64,000 nt of DNA, taken from NCBI GenBank assembly GCA_965228475.1, contig OZ245817.1:3392001-3456000 (forward strand), read 5' to 3'. Below, in pieces: positions 40,747-52,835 of the stretch. The notes beneath the pieces were generated by a model, which had not been told where the DNA came from, did not search any database, and was given only the letters and a program-made list of their open reading frames with translations. The translations under genes were made by a program, and so were the position numbers. The stretch comes from Myxococcota bacterium (GTDB lineage: Bacteria > Myxococcota_A > UBA9160 > JAFDDA01). Within the stretch, counting starts at the first letter, position 1. Every line of letters starts with the position of its first letter.

Positions 40747-42042
40747 ATGGGCGTGGCGGGGAAAGACGGACACCTCCAGGCGCCGCGCGGGACCCGGGAC
40801 TTCTACCCCGAGGACGTTCGCCTGCGCAGCTGGCTCTTCGGGCACTTCCGGGAAGTGGCCCGGCGCTTCGGCTTCGAGGAGGTCGACGCGCCGATCGTCG
40901 AGCACGCGGAGCTCTTCATCCGCAAGGCCGGCGAGGAGATCGTCGACCAGCTCTACCACTTCGAGCTCCACGGCCGGCACCTGGCGCTGCGTCCCGAGCT
41001 CACGCCCTCGCTCTCGCGCATGCTGATCGCCCGGGCGGGCGCCCTGGCCCTGCCCGTGCGCTGGTTCGCGATCGGCCAGAACTGGCGCTACGAGCGCATG
41101 ACCCGCGGCCGCAAGCGCGAGCACTACCAGTGGAACGTCGAGATCCTCGGCGAGGCCTCCGTGGCCGCCGAAGCCGAGCTGATGGCCGCGATCTTCACCC
41201 TCTTCGATCGCGTCGGGCTCCCGCGCGATGCCATCCGCATGCGGGTGAACAGCCGCGCCCTGCTCGAGGAGACCCTGCGCGGCGGCGTCCTGCGGGACCG
41301 GCCGGAGGTGTTCGAGCCGCTCTGCGTCGTGATCGACAAGCTCGACAAGATCGGCGCCGAGGCCGTGGTCGAGCAGCTGACGGCCGCGGACGGCCCGGTC
41401 GGGCTCGGTGAAGCCGAAGCGCGGGAGGTGCTCGCCGCTCTCCAGGTGAAGGACCTCGAGGAGGCCGCAGCGCGAGCGCCCGCCGACTCCGCCGGCCTCG
41501 CGGACCTGCGGCGCCTGTTCGAGCTGCTCGAGGCCTACGGCGTGGCCGACCGGGTGGTCTTCGACGCCGCGGTGGTCCGGGGCCTCGCCTACTACACCGG
41601 CATCGTCTTCGAGGCCTTCGACGCCGCCGGGGAGCTGCGCGCCGTGTGCGGCGGCGGGCGCTACGACGGCCTGGTCGAGCAGCTCGGCGGCCCCTCCCAG
41701 CCCGCGGTCGGCTTCGGCTTCGGCGACGTCGTGATCCTCGAGCTGCTCTCGGACCGCGGCCTCCTGCCCGAGCTCCCGCGGGACCTCGACGCCCTGGTCT
41801 TCGCCTTCTCGGAGGAGGAGCGGCCCGCCGCCGTGCGCGTGGCCTCGCAGCTGCGCGCCGCGGGCCGCTCGACGGAGCTCGTGCTCGGGACGCCCCGGCT
41901 CAAACGGGTGCTGAAGGACGCGGACCGCTCCGGCGCGCGCGAGCTCTGGGCGATCGGCCCGGACGAGGCCGCCCGCGGCGTGGCCCGGGTCCGGGACCTC
42001 GCGAGCGGCGAGCAACGGGACGAGCCACTTCCCGAGGCCTGA
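40747..42042 (+). CDS. hisS: Histidine--tRNA ligase
   Basis: RGTRDF, LRPELT, WRYER, RGLAYYTG, GGGRYD. Confidence 0.95.
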   Translation: MGVAGKDGHLQAPRGTRDFYPEDVRLRSWLFGHFREVARRFGFEEVDAPIVEHAELFIRKAGEEIVDQLYHFELHGRHLALRPELTPSLSRMLIARAGALALPVRWFAIGQNWRYERMTRGRKREHYQWNVEILGEASVAAEAELMAAIFTLFDRVGLPRDAIRMRVNSRALLEETLRGGVLRDRPEVFEPLCVVIDKLDKIGAEAVVEQLTAADGPVGLGEAEAREVLAALQVKDLEEAAARAPADSAGLADLRRLFELLEAYGVADRVVFDAAVVRGLAYYTGIVFEAFDAAGELRAVCGGGRYDGLVEQLGGPSQPAVGFGFGDVVILELLSDRGLLPELPRDLDALVFAFSEEERPAAVRVASQLRAAGRSTELVLGTPRLKRVLKDADRSGARELWAIGPDEAARGVARVRDLASGEQRDEPLPEA

Positions 42043-42182
42043 GCCGGCTGTCGAGCCTTCGCCCCGGCCGTCCGCCGCCCGGGCCGGAACCCACTCACTT
42101 CGACCGACTTTTTCCCCGACCGGCCCCGAAGCCGGCGCTATAACCTAACGGCGTTTCGCCCCATGGAGCAGGAGCCCCGCCC

Positions 42183-44087
<1,905 letters not shown>

Positions 44088-44110
44088 GGCCTATCTCTGA
44101 TACGCCGCGC

Positions 44111-44209
44111 CGGGTTGGGGGAAGGTCTGCCGAACCGACGTCACGCAGGTCTTGCCAGTGACCGGCATCGGGGATGGGTTTACGGTCCGGCAGACCTTCC
44201 CCCAACCCG
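44111..44209. repeat. Long hairpin element A (27-bp arms, 1 mismatch, 45-nt loop)
   Basis: 44111-44137 is the reverse complement of 44183-44209 except at one base. Confidence 0.85.
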
Positions 44210-44259
44210 ACGCTCCTCGGGGTGCGGTCGTCCCGCCGCAGGTTTTTTGGGAGTACGGA

Positions 44260-44363
44260 CGCGGGGTGGATGGGTCCCAGCCGAGACCGTAAACCACGCC
44301 CAGCAGTGCTCGTGACCCAGCCGCCCAAGACGCCGGTCTCGGCTGGGACCCATCCACCCCGCG
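44260..44363. repeat. Long hairpin element B (perfect 30-bp arms, 44-nt loop)
   Basis: 44260-44289 is the exact reverse complement of 44334-44363. Confidence 0.9.
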
Positions 44364-44397
44364 GTCTCCGAACCGAGAGTGGTAACCTCAGCGCTCG

Positions 44398-44796
44398 ATG
44401 GCCTCCGAGCACCACGAGCTGATCGTCATGCGCCAGCTCGCGAGCTACCTCGCGATGCCGATCTTCGTCCAGGACGAAGAGGGCACCCTCGTCTACTTCA
44501 ACGAGCCGGCCGAGCCGATCCTCGGGCGCCGCTTCGACGAGACCGGCGCGCTCTCGCGCCAGGAGCTCTGGGATCTGTTCCGCCCGGTGCGCGAGGACGG
44601 AAGCCCCCTCCCCTACGACGACAGCCCCTTCCGGACCGTCCGCGACCTCGGCGCGCCGATCCACCAGATCTTCCACATGCGCGGCATGGACGGCATCCGC
44701 CGGCACGTCGAGGGCACGGCGATCCCGCTGACGACGCCGGACGGCAAGATCGTGGGGTCGTTCTCGGTCTTCTGGGAGATCGACGAAGGGGCCTAG
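44398..44796 (+). CDS. Stand-alone PAS domain protein
   Basis: PIFVQDEEGTLVYFNEPAEPILG; terminal DGKIVGSFSVF. Confidence 0.8.
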   Translation: MASEHHELIVMRQLASYLAMPIFVQDEEGTLVYFNEPAEPILGRRFDETGALSRQELWDLFRPVREDGSPLPYDDSPFRTVRDLGAPIHQIFHMRGMDGIRRHVEGTAIPLTTPDGKIVGSFSVFWEIDEGA

Positions 44797-44800
44797 GCCC

Positions 44801-45424
44801 GTGGAGCCTCGTGACTTGAAGTTCTACAACGCTGGTGCGCCCAACCCGCGCAAGGTCCGGATCTTCCTCGCGGAGAAGGGCCTCGAGATCCCTCGCATCG
44901 ACCTCGACCTGGGAGCCGGGGAGAGCCGGACGCCCGAGTTCCTCGCCAAGAACCGGCTGGGGGAGACTCCCGTCCTCGAACTCGACGACGGAACCATCCT
45001 GACCGAGAACAACGCGATCTGCCGTTTCCTCGAGGAGCTCCACCCCGACCCGCCCTTGTTCGGTCGCGACGCTCTCGAACGGGCGAAGGTCGAGATGTGG
45101 ACGCGTCGCATCGAGATCCAGGTCGTGGCGACGGCGGCGCACGTCGCCGAGCACACCTTCGAGTTCTTCGCCTCGCGGCGACGTCAGGTCCCGGAGTTCG
45201 CGGAGGCCGAGCGCGCGGCGCTCGGCGACAAGCTCGCCTGGCTCGACAGCGAACTCTCCGACGGCCGGCCCTTCGCGACCGGCGACCGCTTCACCTTTGC
45301 CGACATCACCGGAATGACGGCAGGGCTGATTCTCGGGTTCATCGATTGCACGGTGCCGGACGAGAACGTTCACCTGCGGGCCTACTTCGAGCGGCTGAAG
45401 ACCCGCCCGAGCTGGGACGCCTAG
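44801..45424 (+). CDS. Glutathione S-transferase family protein
   Basis: PNPRKVRIFLAEKG, PVLELDDG, FTFADI. Confidence 0.9.
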   Translation: MEPRDLKFYNAGAPNPRKVRIFLAEKGLEIPRIDLDLGAGESRTPEFLAKNRLGETPVLELDDGTILTENNAICRFLEELHPDPPLFGRDALERAKVEMWTRRIEIQVVATAAHVAEHTFEFFASRRRQVPEFAEAERAALGDKLAWLDSELSDGRPFATGDRFTFADITGMTAGLILGFIDCTVPDENVHLRAYFERLKTRPSWDA

Positions 45425-47607
45425 CGCGCGTTCCGCGCGAGCCATTCGGCGCGCGCGACGAGCGCGGCCAGGGCGCCGACGGCGCGGTGGGCGCTCGGGT
45501 AGCAGACGCGGCCGGCCTCGCGGACGCCGGCGGGGCCGGCGTTCTCGTAACCGCGGCTCGTGTGCACGAGTTCGGTCGTCGTGAGCACGGGTTTGCCGTG
45601 GCGCTCGGACGCCTCCTTCGCGACCTGGGCGTAGCGCCGGTCCTGCCCCTCGTGGAACTGGCTGATGCGCTCGAGGCCGTGGTCCGGGAAGAACTCCCCC
45701 GAGCGGAAGACGTTCGCCTGGCCGGCCTGGATGCCGATGCCGAGGTGCAGCACGGCGTCGACCTCCGGGTGTCCGCACACGAGGTCGAGCACCTGCTCGA
45801 CGGTGTCACGCGTCTCGCCGCCGGCGAGGTCGATCGGGTTGTTGCGGCTCCAGCGCGGTGGGACGAGCTTGCCGATGGATTCGCGCAGGTCGTCGGGCAG
45901 CGCGATGACGTCGAGGCCGGCCTCGGAGCAGGCGTCCGCCGCGAGCACGCCCCAGCCGCCGACGGTCGTGAAGGTCACGGTGCGGCGGCCCGGCGGGAGC
46001 GGCTGGGTCGAGAACGTCGCGGCCCACTCGAAGGCCTCTTCGACGGTCGGGGCCCGCAGGGCGCCGACCTGCCGGGCGATGCCGTCGAAGACGCGATCGT
46101 CGCTCGCGAGCGCCCCGGTGTGGCTGGCCGCCGCCCGCTGGCCCGCGTCGCCGACACCGCCCTTCACGAGCACGAGGGGCTTCTTGGCCGTCAACCGGCG
46201 CATGGCCTCGATGAGCCGGCGTCCGTCCCCGACGCCTTCCAGGTAGGTCACGACGGCGTCGGTCTCGTCGTCCGCGGCGAAGTAGGCGAGCACCTCGGCA
46301 AGGTCGGTCTGGGCGGAGTTTCCGCACGAGACGGCCTTCGAGACACCGACGCCCGTCTGCACCGCGTAGTTCAGGAAGGCCGAGACGAGATTCCCGCTCT
46401 GGCTCACCACGGAGATGCGCCCGGGCGGCGGATACGGCGCCACGATCTGGGCGCACATGCTCTTGCCCGTCGAGATCACGCCCTGGCCGTTCGGCCCGAT
46501 CATCAGGAGCCCGAGTTCGTCGCACAGGGCCACGAGCTCGCGCTGGCGCGCGATGCCCTCCTCGCCCGCCTCGCCGTAGCCCGCGCTGCACATGAACGCC
46601 GCGCGCACGCCGCGCGCCGCGCACTCCCGGAGCAGGCCCTCGTTGATCTTCGCCGGCGTGCAGACGAACACGAGATCCGCCGCGCCTTCCGGAACGTCCG
46701 CGATCTCCTTGAAGGTCGGGCGGCCGAGGATCTCCTCGCCGTCGCGCTGGATCGGAAAGAGCTCACCTTCGAAGCCGTAGCGGAGGAGGTTGTGGTACGT
46801 GACGAAGCCGAACTTGCCCGGGTGCGCGGAGACGCCCGTCACGATGATGCCGCGCGGCGAGAAGAGCGGTGCGAAGCGCTCGCGGAGGGTCGCCTCGTCG
46901 GGGAGCGGGCGCACCGCGGGCTCGGGCGCTCCCTCGGCCAGCTCGACCAGGGCATCGACGGCGACCGGCCGGTCGCCCACCACGATCAACGGGTTCAGGT
47001 CGACGCTCGCGACGTCGGCCCGCTCCTCGGCGAGCCGCGAGAGCCCGAGCAGGACCTCGGCGAGCGCGCCGCGGTCGATGGCCGGCTCGCCGCGGAAGGG
47101 CTTCGTCACGAGGTGATGCGCCGAGAGGCCCTCGACCATCGCCTCCGCCTCTTCGCGGGCGAGCGGGGCCCGGGCGAAGACGGCGTCGGCGAGCGCTTCG
47201 GTGAGGATGCCGCCCAGGCCGAGCACCACGCAGGGCCCGAACTGCGGGTCGCGCACGAGGCCCGCGATGAGCTCCCGCCGCCCGGCGACCTGCTCGGCCA
47301 CGAGCAGGCCGACCTCGCCGTCCTCGGGGCGGGCCGCGGCCAGGAGCTCCGCGGCCTGGGACTCGACGGCGCCGGCGTCGCCGAGCCCCAGGCGCACGAG
47401 GTTGCGTTCGGTCTTGTGGGCGATGGCGTCGCCGCAGAGCTTCACGACGACGGGGAAGCCGAGCGCCTCGGCGGCCGCACGCGCCGCCACCGGATCCCGA
47501 ACGAACTCCTCCCGCGCGCACGGCACGCCGTACTGCGAGAGGAGCTGCTTGGATTCGTGCTCGGAAAGGGTGCGCGAAGCCGAGGAAGGGAACGAGGCGT
47601 CGGTCAT
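45421..47607 (-). CDS. Acetate/acyl--CoA ligase (ADP-forming) family, ATP-grasp domain first
   Basis: LSEHESK, HKTE, RDPQFGP, DLNPL, IGPNGQG, SQSG, SHTGALA, NPID. Confidence 0.88.
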   Translation of the reverse strand: MTDASFPSSASRTLSEHESKQLLSQYGVPCAREEFVRDPVAARAAAEALGFPVVVKLCGDAIAHKTERNLVRLGLGDAGAVESQAAELLAAARPEDGEVGLLVAEQVAGRRELIAGLVRDPQFGPCVVLGLGGILTEALADAVFARAPLAREEAEAMVEGLSAHHLVTKPFRGEPAIDRGALAEVLLGLSRLAEERADVASVDLNPLIVVGDRPVAVDALVELAEGAPEPAVRPLPDEATLRERFAPLFSPRGIIVTGVSAHPGKFGFVTYHNLLRYGFEGELFPIQRDGEEILGRPTFKEIADVPEGAADLVFVCTPAKINEGLLRECAARGVRAAFMCSAGYGEAGEEGIARQRELVALCDELGLLMIGPNGQGVISTGKSMCAQIVAPYPPPGRISVVSQSGNLVSAFLNYAVQTGVGVSKAVSCGNSAQTDLAEVLAYFAADDETDAVVTYLEGVGDGRRLIEAMRRLTAKKPLVLVKGGVGDAGQRAAASHTGALASDDRVFDGIARQVGALRAPTVEEAFEWAATFSTQPLPPGRRTVTFTTVGGWGVLAADACSEAGLDVIALPDDLRESIGKLVPPRWSRNNPIDLAGGETRDTVEQVLDLVCGHPEVDAVLHLGIGIQAGQANVFRSGEFFPDHGLERISQFHEGQDRRYAQVAKEASERHGKPVLTTTELVHTSRGYENAGPAGVREAGRVCYPSAHRAVGALAALVARAEWLARNAR

Positions 47608-47638
47608 TCCCGCGTCTCTTGGACGCCTTCGGACAAGC

Positions 47639-47836
47639 TCAGTCCCTCGTCTCTTCTTCTTCGTCGCCCACGGGGAAGCCGTAGCCAGCCAGGTCGTCCG
47701 CGCTGGCGACCTGGTTGCTCTCGCCTGCGCCGTCCTCGCCGAGTTCGGCCTGGCGCTCCTTCTTCAGAGCCGCCTTTTCGGCCTTCTTCAGCTCACGCTG
47801 TCGCTTGAGAACCGAGGACCCACTCTTTCTTCCCAT
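47639..47836 (-). CDS. Small hypothetical protein (basic N-terminus, acidic C-terminus), 65 aa
   Basis: GGGGAG RBS; fills the gap between thiolase and ligase on the same strand. Confidence 0.6.
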   Translation of the reverse strand: MGRKSGSSVLKRQRELKKAEKAALKKERQAELGEDGAGESNQVASADDLAGYGFPVGDEEEETRD

Positions 47837-47847
47837 GGTGTGCTCCC

Positions 47848-49029
47848 CTAGGCGGCCTCGAACAGCGATGCGAAGCCCTGCCCGCCGCCGACGCACATGG
47901 TAACGATCCCGTACCGGCCGCCGCTGCGCTTCAGGTGGCGGAGCAGCGCGCCCGTGAGGCGCGATCCGGTCATCCCGAAGGGGTGGCCGATGGCGATCGA
48001 GCCGCCCGCCGGGTTCAGCTTCTCGTTGTCGATCTCGAGCACGCGCTGGCACTGGAGGAGCTGCGAAGCGAAAGCCTCGTTCAGCTCCACCGCGTCGATG
48101 TCGTTCATCGAGAGGCCGTGCTGCTTCAGGAGCTTCGGCACCGCGTAGATCGGGCCGATGCCCATCTCTTCCGGCCCACAGCCCGCCACGGCCGAGCCGC
48201 GGTAGATGCCGAGCGGCTCGACGCCGAGCTGGTTCGCCTTCTCGGCGCTCATCAGCAGGGTGGCCGAAGCGCCGTCGGAGAGCTGCGAGGCGTTGCCGGC
48301 GGTGATCGTGCCGTCTTCCTTGAAGACCGGCTTCAGGCTGTTCAGGCCCTCGAGCGTGGTCTGCGGGCGGTTGCACTCGTCCTTCTCGACGACGAACTCT
48401 TCCTCGTACGGATCCTCGCCCTTCTTCATCACCTTGCGGGTGACGGTCATCGGGGCGATCTCCTCGGCGACCCAGCCCTTCTCGACCGCGGCGGCGTAGC
48501 GCTGCTGGCTCTGGAGGCCGTAGGCGTCCTGGTCTTCGCGCGAAACGTCGTAGCGCTCGGCCACGATCTCCGCGGTGATGCCCATCGGGAAGTAGAGGCC
48601 CGGGAAGCGCTCCTGGGCGGTCTTGTTCGCCAGGCGGTTCGTGTTCTGGGTGCCGTCCTGCATCATCGTGATGGTCTCGCAGCCCGCGCCGATGGCGACG
48701 TCCGCGCCTTCGTAGATGCGGTTGGCGGCCATCATCACGGCCTGGGAGCCCGAAGAGCAGAAGCGGTTCACCGTGACGCCGGCGACGTCCTTCGGGAAGC
48801 CCGCGGCCATGGCGGCGATGCGCGCCATGTTCATGCCCTGGCAGCCTTCCGGGAAACCCGTGCCGACGATGACGTCGTCGATCTCGGCGGGGTCGAGGTT
48901 CTTCTGGCCCTCGGCGACGGCCTTGAGCACGTGGGCGGTGTAGTCGACCGGCTCGGTGATGTTGAACGAGCCACGGTGAGCCTTGGTGAGGCCCGTGCGC
49001 AGACTGTCGACGATGACGGCTTCCCGCAT
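47848..49029 (-). CDS. Acetyl-CoA C-acyltransferase (thiolase)
   Basis: NRFCSSG, NEAFA, GHPFG, MCVGGGQG. Confidence 0.95.
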   Translation of the reverse strand: MREAVIVDSLRTGLTKAHRGSFNITEPVDYTAHVLKAVAEGQKNLDPAEIDDVIVGTGFPEGCQGMNMARIAAMAAGFPKDVAGVTVNRFCSSGSQAVMMAANRIYEGADVAIGAGCETITMMQDGTQNTNRLANKTAQERFPGLYFPMGITAEIVAERYDVSREDQDAYGLQSQQRYAAAVEKGWVAEEIAPMTVTRKVMKKGEDPYEEEFVVEKDECNRPQTTLEGLNSLKPVFKEDGTITAGNASQLSDGASATLLMSAEKANQLGVEPLGIYRGSAVAGCGPEEMGIGPIYAVPKLLKQHGLSMNDIDAVELNEAFASQLLQCQRVLEIDNEKLNPAGGSIAIGHPFGMTGSRLTGALLRHLKRSGGRYGIVTMCVGGGQGFASLFEAA

Positions 49030-49161
49030 GGAGATCTCCTTTGCAGCGATTCGGGGAACCGCTAATGCTACACGGCCGGCCGGCACGCGCAAACCCCCGT
49101 TTCCGTGGGGATTTCGGGGCCGTCGGGGGCGGGCGAGGATTTCGCCGCGAGGGGGGAAGGC

Positions 49162-50616
49162 GTGGAGGGCATCCGCAGTGCCATGGCGTGGCTCGAGGGC
49201 GCCTTTGGCGAATGGGTCGTGGCGCCGCTGTCGGCGGTCATCTTCTTCGACCTCTGGTTCTGGGACGCGCCGGGCAAGGCCGGGGTCGAGCTCCCGGCGG
49301 TGGTCGCCTGGCTGATCGTCGGCGCGACCTTCTTCACCCTGCGCTTCCGCTTCGTGAACCTGCGCGCCTTCGGCCACGCCGTCGCCTGCATCCGCGGCAA
49401 GTACGACAAACCGGGCGACACCGGAGAGATCTCGCACTTCCAGGCGCTCTCGGCAGCGCTCTCCGCCACGGTCGGGCTCGGCAACATCGCCGGGGTGGCG
49501 GTGGCGGTCGGCCTCGGCGGGCCGGGCGCGGTCTTCTGGATGATCCTCGCGGGCTTCCTCGGCATGACCTCGAAGTTCGCCGAGTGCACCCTCGCCCAGC
49601 GCTACCGCACCGTGCGCGAAGACGGCCGCGTGGCCGGTGGGCCGATGTACTACCTGAAGGCCGGACTCGCCGAGATCGGCATGCCGCGTTTCGGCGCCGT
49701 GCTCGCGGCGATGTTCTCGGTCTTCTGCATCGGCGGGAGCCTCGGCGCTGGCAACATGTTCCAGGCGAACCAGGCCTACGTGCAGGTCTCGAACGTCGTC
49801 CCCGGCATGGACGGGGAGTTCTCCTCGGCGATCTTCGGCGTCGTGCTCGCCGCCTGCGTCGGCGTGGTGATCGTGGGCGGCATCCGCCGCATCGGGCTGA
49901 TCGCCGCGAGCCTCGTGCCGTTGATGTGTTCGGTCTACGTGCTGACCGGCCTGTTCATCCTGCTCGCGAACGCGAGCGAGCTCGCCGACGGCATCGTCAC
50001 CATCGTCCACTCGGCCTTCGCCCCCGACGCCGCCTACGGCGGCTTCGTCGGCGTCCTGATCCAGGGGTTCCGGCGCGCCTGCTTCAGCAACGAGGCGGGC
50101 GTCGGATCGGCGCCGATCGCCCACTCGGCCGCGCGCACCGAAGAGCCCGTGCGCGAGGGGCTCGTCGCCCTCCTCGAACCCTTCGTCGACACGCTCATCG
50201 TCTGCACGATGACCGGGCTCGTGATCGTCGTGACGGGCGCCCACCTCCAGCCGGGGCTCAGCGGCATCGAGATCACCTCCTGGGCCTTCGAGTCCGTCTT
50301 CCCCTGGTTCAAGTACGTGCTCTCGCTCTCGGCGGTGCTCTTCGCCTTCTCGACCCAGATCTCCTGGAGCTACTACGGCGAGCGCTCCTGGGAGTACCTG
50401 TTCGGCGACGGATCGACGATCGTCTACAAGGGCGTATTCCTGTTCTTCGTCTGGTTCGGCGCGGTCTCGGAACTCGCGGTGGTGGTCGAGTTCTCGGACC
50501 TGCTGCTGTTCGCCATGGCCTTCCCGAACCTGCTCGGCATCTACCTGCTGGCTAAGAAGATCGACCTCGACCTGACCTCCTACCTGACCCGCCTGCGCGC
50601 CGGCGCCTTCGACTAG
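49162..50616 (+). CDS. Alanine/glycine:cation symporter (AGCS family)
   Basis: ATVGLGNIAGVA, GGPGAVFWM, GGPMYY, FSNEAGVGSA. Confidence 0.92.
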   Translation: MEGIRSAMAWLEGAFGEWVVAPLSAVIFFDLWFWDAPGKAGVELPAVVAWLIVGATFFTLRFRFVNLRAFGHAVACIRGKYDKPGDTGEISHFQALSAALSATVGLGNIAGVAVAVGLGGPGAVFWMILAGFLGMTSKFAECTLAQRYRTVREDGRVAGGPMYYLKAGLAEIGMPRFGAVLAAMFSVFCIGGSLGAGNMFQANQAYVQVSNVVPGMDGEFSSAIFGVVLAACVGVVIVGGIRRIGLIAASLVPLMCSVYVLTGLFILLANASELADGIVTIVHSAFAPDAAYGGFVGVLIQGFRRACFSNEAGVGSAPIAHSAARTEEPVREGLVALLEPFVDTLIVCTMTGLVIVVTGAHLQPGLSGIEITSWAFESVFPWFKYVLSLSAVLFAFSTQISWSYYGERSWEYLFGDGSTIVYKGVFLFFVWFGAVSELAVVVEFSDLLLFAMAFPNLLGIYLLAKKIDLDLTSYLTRLRAGAFD

Positions 50617-50691
50617 GCCGCCCTCCCCGCGCGGCTGCCCGGCCAAATCGTCCGATACCCGCCCCGCGGCGGGCCCGGTATGCTCCGCGCC

Positions 50692-51927
50692 ATGGCACGG
50701 ACCAACCCGCACTACGCAAAGCTTCAGGCCGGTTACCTCTTCCCCGAGATCGGACGGCGCGTGCGCGCCTTCGCGGAGGCGAACCCCGACGCCGCGATCA
50801 TCCGGCTCGGCATCGGCGACGTCACCGAGCCGCTCTCGCCCGTCGTCGTCGAGGCGCTGAAGGCCGCCGCCGACGAGATGGGGACCGCCGAGGGCTTCCA
50901 CGGCTACGGCCCCGAGCAGGGCTACGGCTTCCTACTCGATGCGATCGTCGAGCACGACTACCGCTCGCGCGGCGTGGACGTCGATGCCGAGGAAATCTTC
51001 GTCTCCGACGGGAGCAAGCAGGACAGCGGGAACATCCAGGAGATCTTCGGCGCCGACTGCCGCATCGTGGTGACGGACCCGGTCTACCCGGTCTACGTCG
51101 ACAGCAACGTGATGGCGGGGCGCACGGGCGAGGCGGACGGCGATGGCCAGTACGAGGGCCTCGTCTACGTGCCCTCCACCGAAGCGAACGGCTTCTCCCC
51201 GGGCCCCCCGAGCGAGGCGGCCGACGTCGCCTACCTCTGCTCGCCGAACAACCCGACCGGCGCCGTCATGACGCGCGAGCGCATCGCCGAGTGGGTCGCC
51301 TGGGCGCGCGCGAACGACGCCGTGCTGATCTTCGACGCCGCCTACGACGCCTTCATCCAGGACCCGGCGCTGCCGCGCTCGATCTACGAGGTCGACGGCG
51401 CGCGCGAGTGCGCGATCGAGATGCGCAGCTTCTCGAAGCGCGCCGGATTCACCGGCGTGCGCTGCGCCTACACGGTGATCCCGAAGGAGCTCACGGGCGA
51501 AGGGCCGGACGGCGCGCGGATCCCCCTGCGCGATCTCTGGAACCGGCGGCATAGCACCAAGTTCAACAGCGTCCCCTACGTGATCCAGAAGGCCGCGGCG
51601 GCCGTCTTCACGCCGGAAGGCCTGAAGCAGACCGGCGAACAGGTCGCCTTCTACATGGAGAACGCCCGGCGCCTGCGCGAGGGCCTCGGCGGCGCCGGCT
51701 TCACCGTCTTCGGCGGCGAGCACGCCCCCTACATCTGGCTGCGCACGCCGGGGGGTGCGGGCTCCTGGGACTTCTTCGACCGGCTGCTCGCCGAGACCCA
51801 CGTCGTCGGCACGCCCGGCGCCGGCTTCGGCTCCTCGGGCGAGGGCTACTTCCGCCTCTCGGCCTTCAACTCGCGGGAGAACGTCGACGAAGCCATCGCG
51901 CGGGTGACGAAGGCCTTCGGGAGCTAG
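50692..51927 (+). CDS. dapL: LL-diaminopimelate aminotransferase
   Basis: [41 protein letters not shown]. Confidence 0.93.
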   Translation: MARTNPHYAKLQAGYLFPEIGRRVRAFAEANPDAAIIRLGIGDVTEPLSPVVVEALKAAADEMGTAEGFHGYGPEQGYGFLLDAIVEHDYRSRGVDVDAEEIFVSDGSKQDSGNIQEIFGADCRIVVTDPVYPVYVDSNVMAGRTGEADGDGQYEGLVYVPSTEANGFSPGPPSEAADVAYLCSPNNPTGAVMTRERIAEWVAWARANDAVLIFDAAYDAFIQDPALPRSIYEVDGARECAIEMRSFSKRAGFTGVRCAYTVIPKELTGEGPDGARIPLRDLWNRRHSTKFNSVPYVIQKAAAAVFTPEGLKQTGEQVAFYMENARRLREGLGGAGFTVFGGEHAPYIWLRTPGGAGSWDFFDRLLAETHVVGTPGAGFGSSGEGYFRLSAFNSRENVDEAIARVTKAFGS

Positions 51928-51998
51928 CCGAAAGACTCCGCCCCTCGCGGATCCGATCGAATATGCTGGCCCCGGCGGATCGCCGCCGGGAGGCCAGC

Positions 51999-52835
51999 AT
52001 GGGTGTATCGACGGAGCGATGGCAGGCGGATGCGGCGAGCGCTGCGCCGCCGGCGGCCGCGGGCGCCACGCCGCGCTCGCTCTCTCCCACCGCGCGCCGC
52101 GCCTTCACGATCTGGACGGTCGTCTGGTGGAGCGGCGTCGTCCTCGCCGGCGGCCTCTTCTACGGCGGCGCGCTCGATTTCACGACGAGCGCCAAGGCCT
52201 CCCTCTACGGCGTCAGCATCTGGCTGAACGGCTGGCTGCTCGCCTACTGGGCCCGCAGCCGGGAGGCGCGCTCCGACCTCGACCTCCTCCACGACTGCCT
52301 CGTGCTCTGGATGGTCTCCTACGCGATCACGAACCTGGCCTGGGAGATCCCCTGGGTGATCCTCTCGCCCTTCGTCTTCGACGGCCTGCACACGCTCGAC
52401 GACCTCGTCGCCCAGACGGGCTACATGCGCTCGAGCCTGCCGAACATGTACTTCTGGGTGCTCTCGGCCTTCGGTTCGGTCGACCTCCGGACCGTCAACC
52501 ACGACCCGACGTTCTACTGCGTCGAGCTCTTCGCCTTCTTGAACCTGGCCACGACGGCCGCGTTCTTCCACCTGCACCGGAAGCGCTCGCCGTACCGGTA
52601 CCTGATCCCGCTGATCGGCTGCGGCGAGCCGATCGCCGCGACCTTCATCTTCTCGTTCTCCGAGGTCTTCGGAGGCTTCGCGAACATGCCGGGCGGCATG
52701 GCGGACACGCTCCTGGCCCTGGTCTGGACCCAGTACCAGTACCTGGTGTTCCCGCTGATCCTCGGCGGCTTCGCCTTCCGGCTGCTGCGCGAGGACCTGC
52801 GCCGTGAGGCGGTGGAGAAGGCCGCGCGCGCCTAG
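51999..52835 (+). CDS. Membrane protein, EXPERA / emopamil-binding-protein-like
   Basis: About 6 TM helices; LAWE, W..FGSVDLRT...DPTFYCVE resembles the EBP W..Y...D.R....D......E core. Confidence 0.55.
   Translation: MGVSTERWQADAASAAPPAAAGATPRSLSPTARRAFTIWTVVWWSGVVLAGGLFYGGALDFTTSAKASLYGVSIWLNGWLLAYWARSREARSDLDLLHDCLVLWMVSYAITNLAWEIPWVILSPFVFDGLHTLDDLVAQTGYMRSSLPNMYFWVLSAFGSVDLRTVNHDPTFYCVELFAFLNLATTAAFFHLHRKRSPYRYLIPLIGCGEPIAATFIFSFSEVFGGFANMPGGMADTLLALVWTQYQYLVFPLILGGFAFRLLREDLRREAVEKAARA

Noticed and set aside
44111..44363. Integron attC sites or CRISPR repeats
   Set aside because: GTT/AAC ends are in the opposite geometry to attC; only two diverged, inverted units; no intI or cas genes
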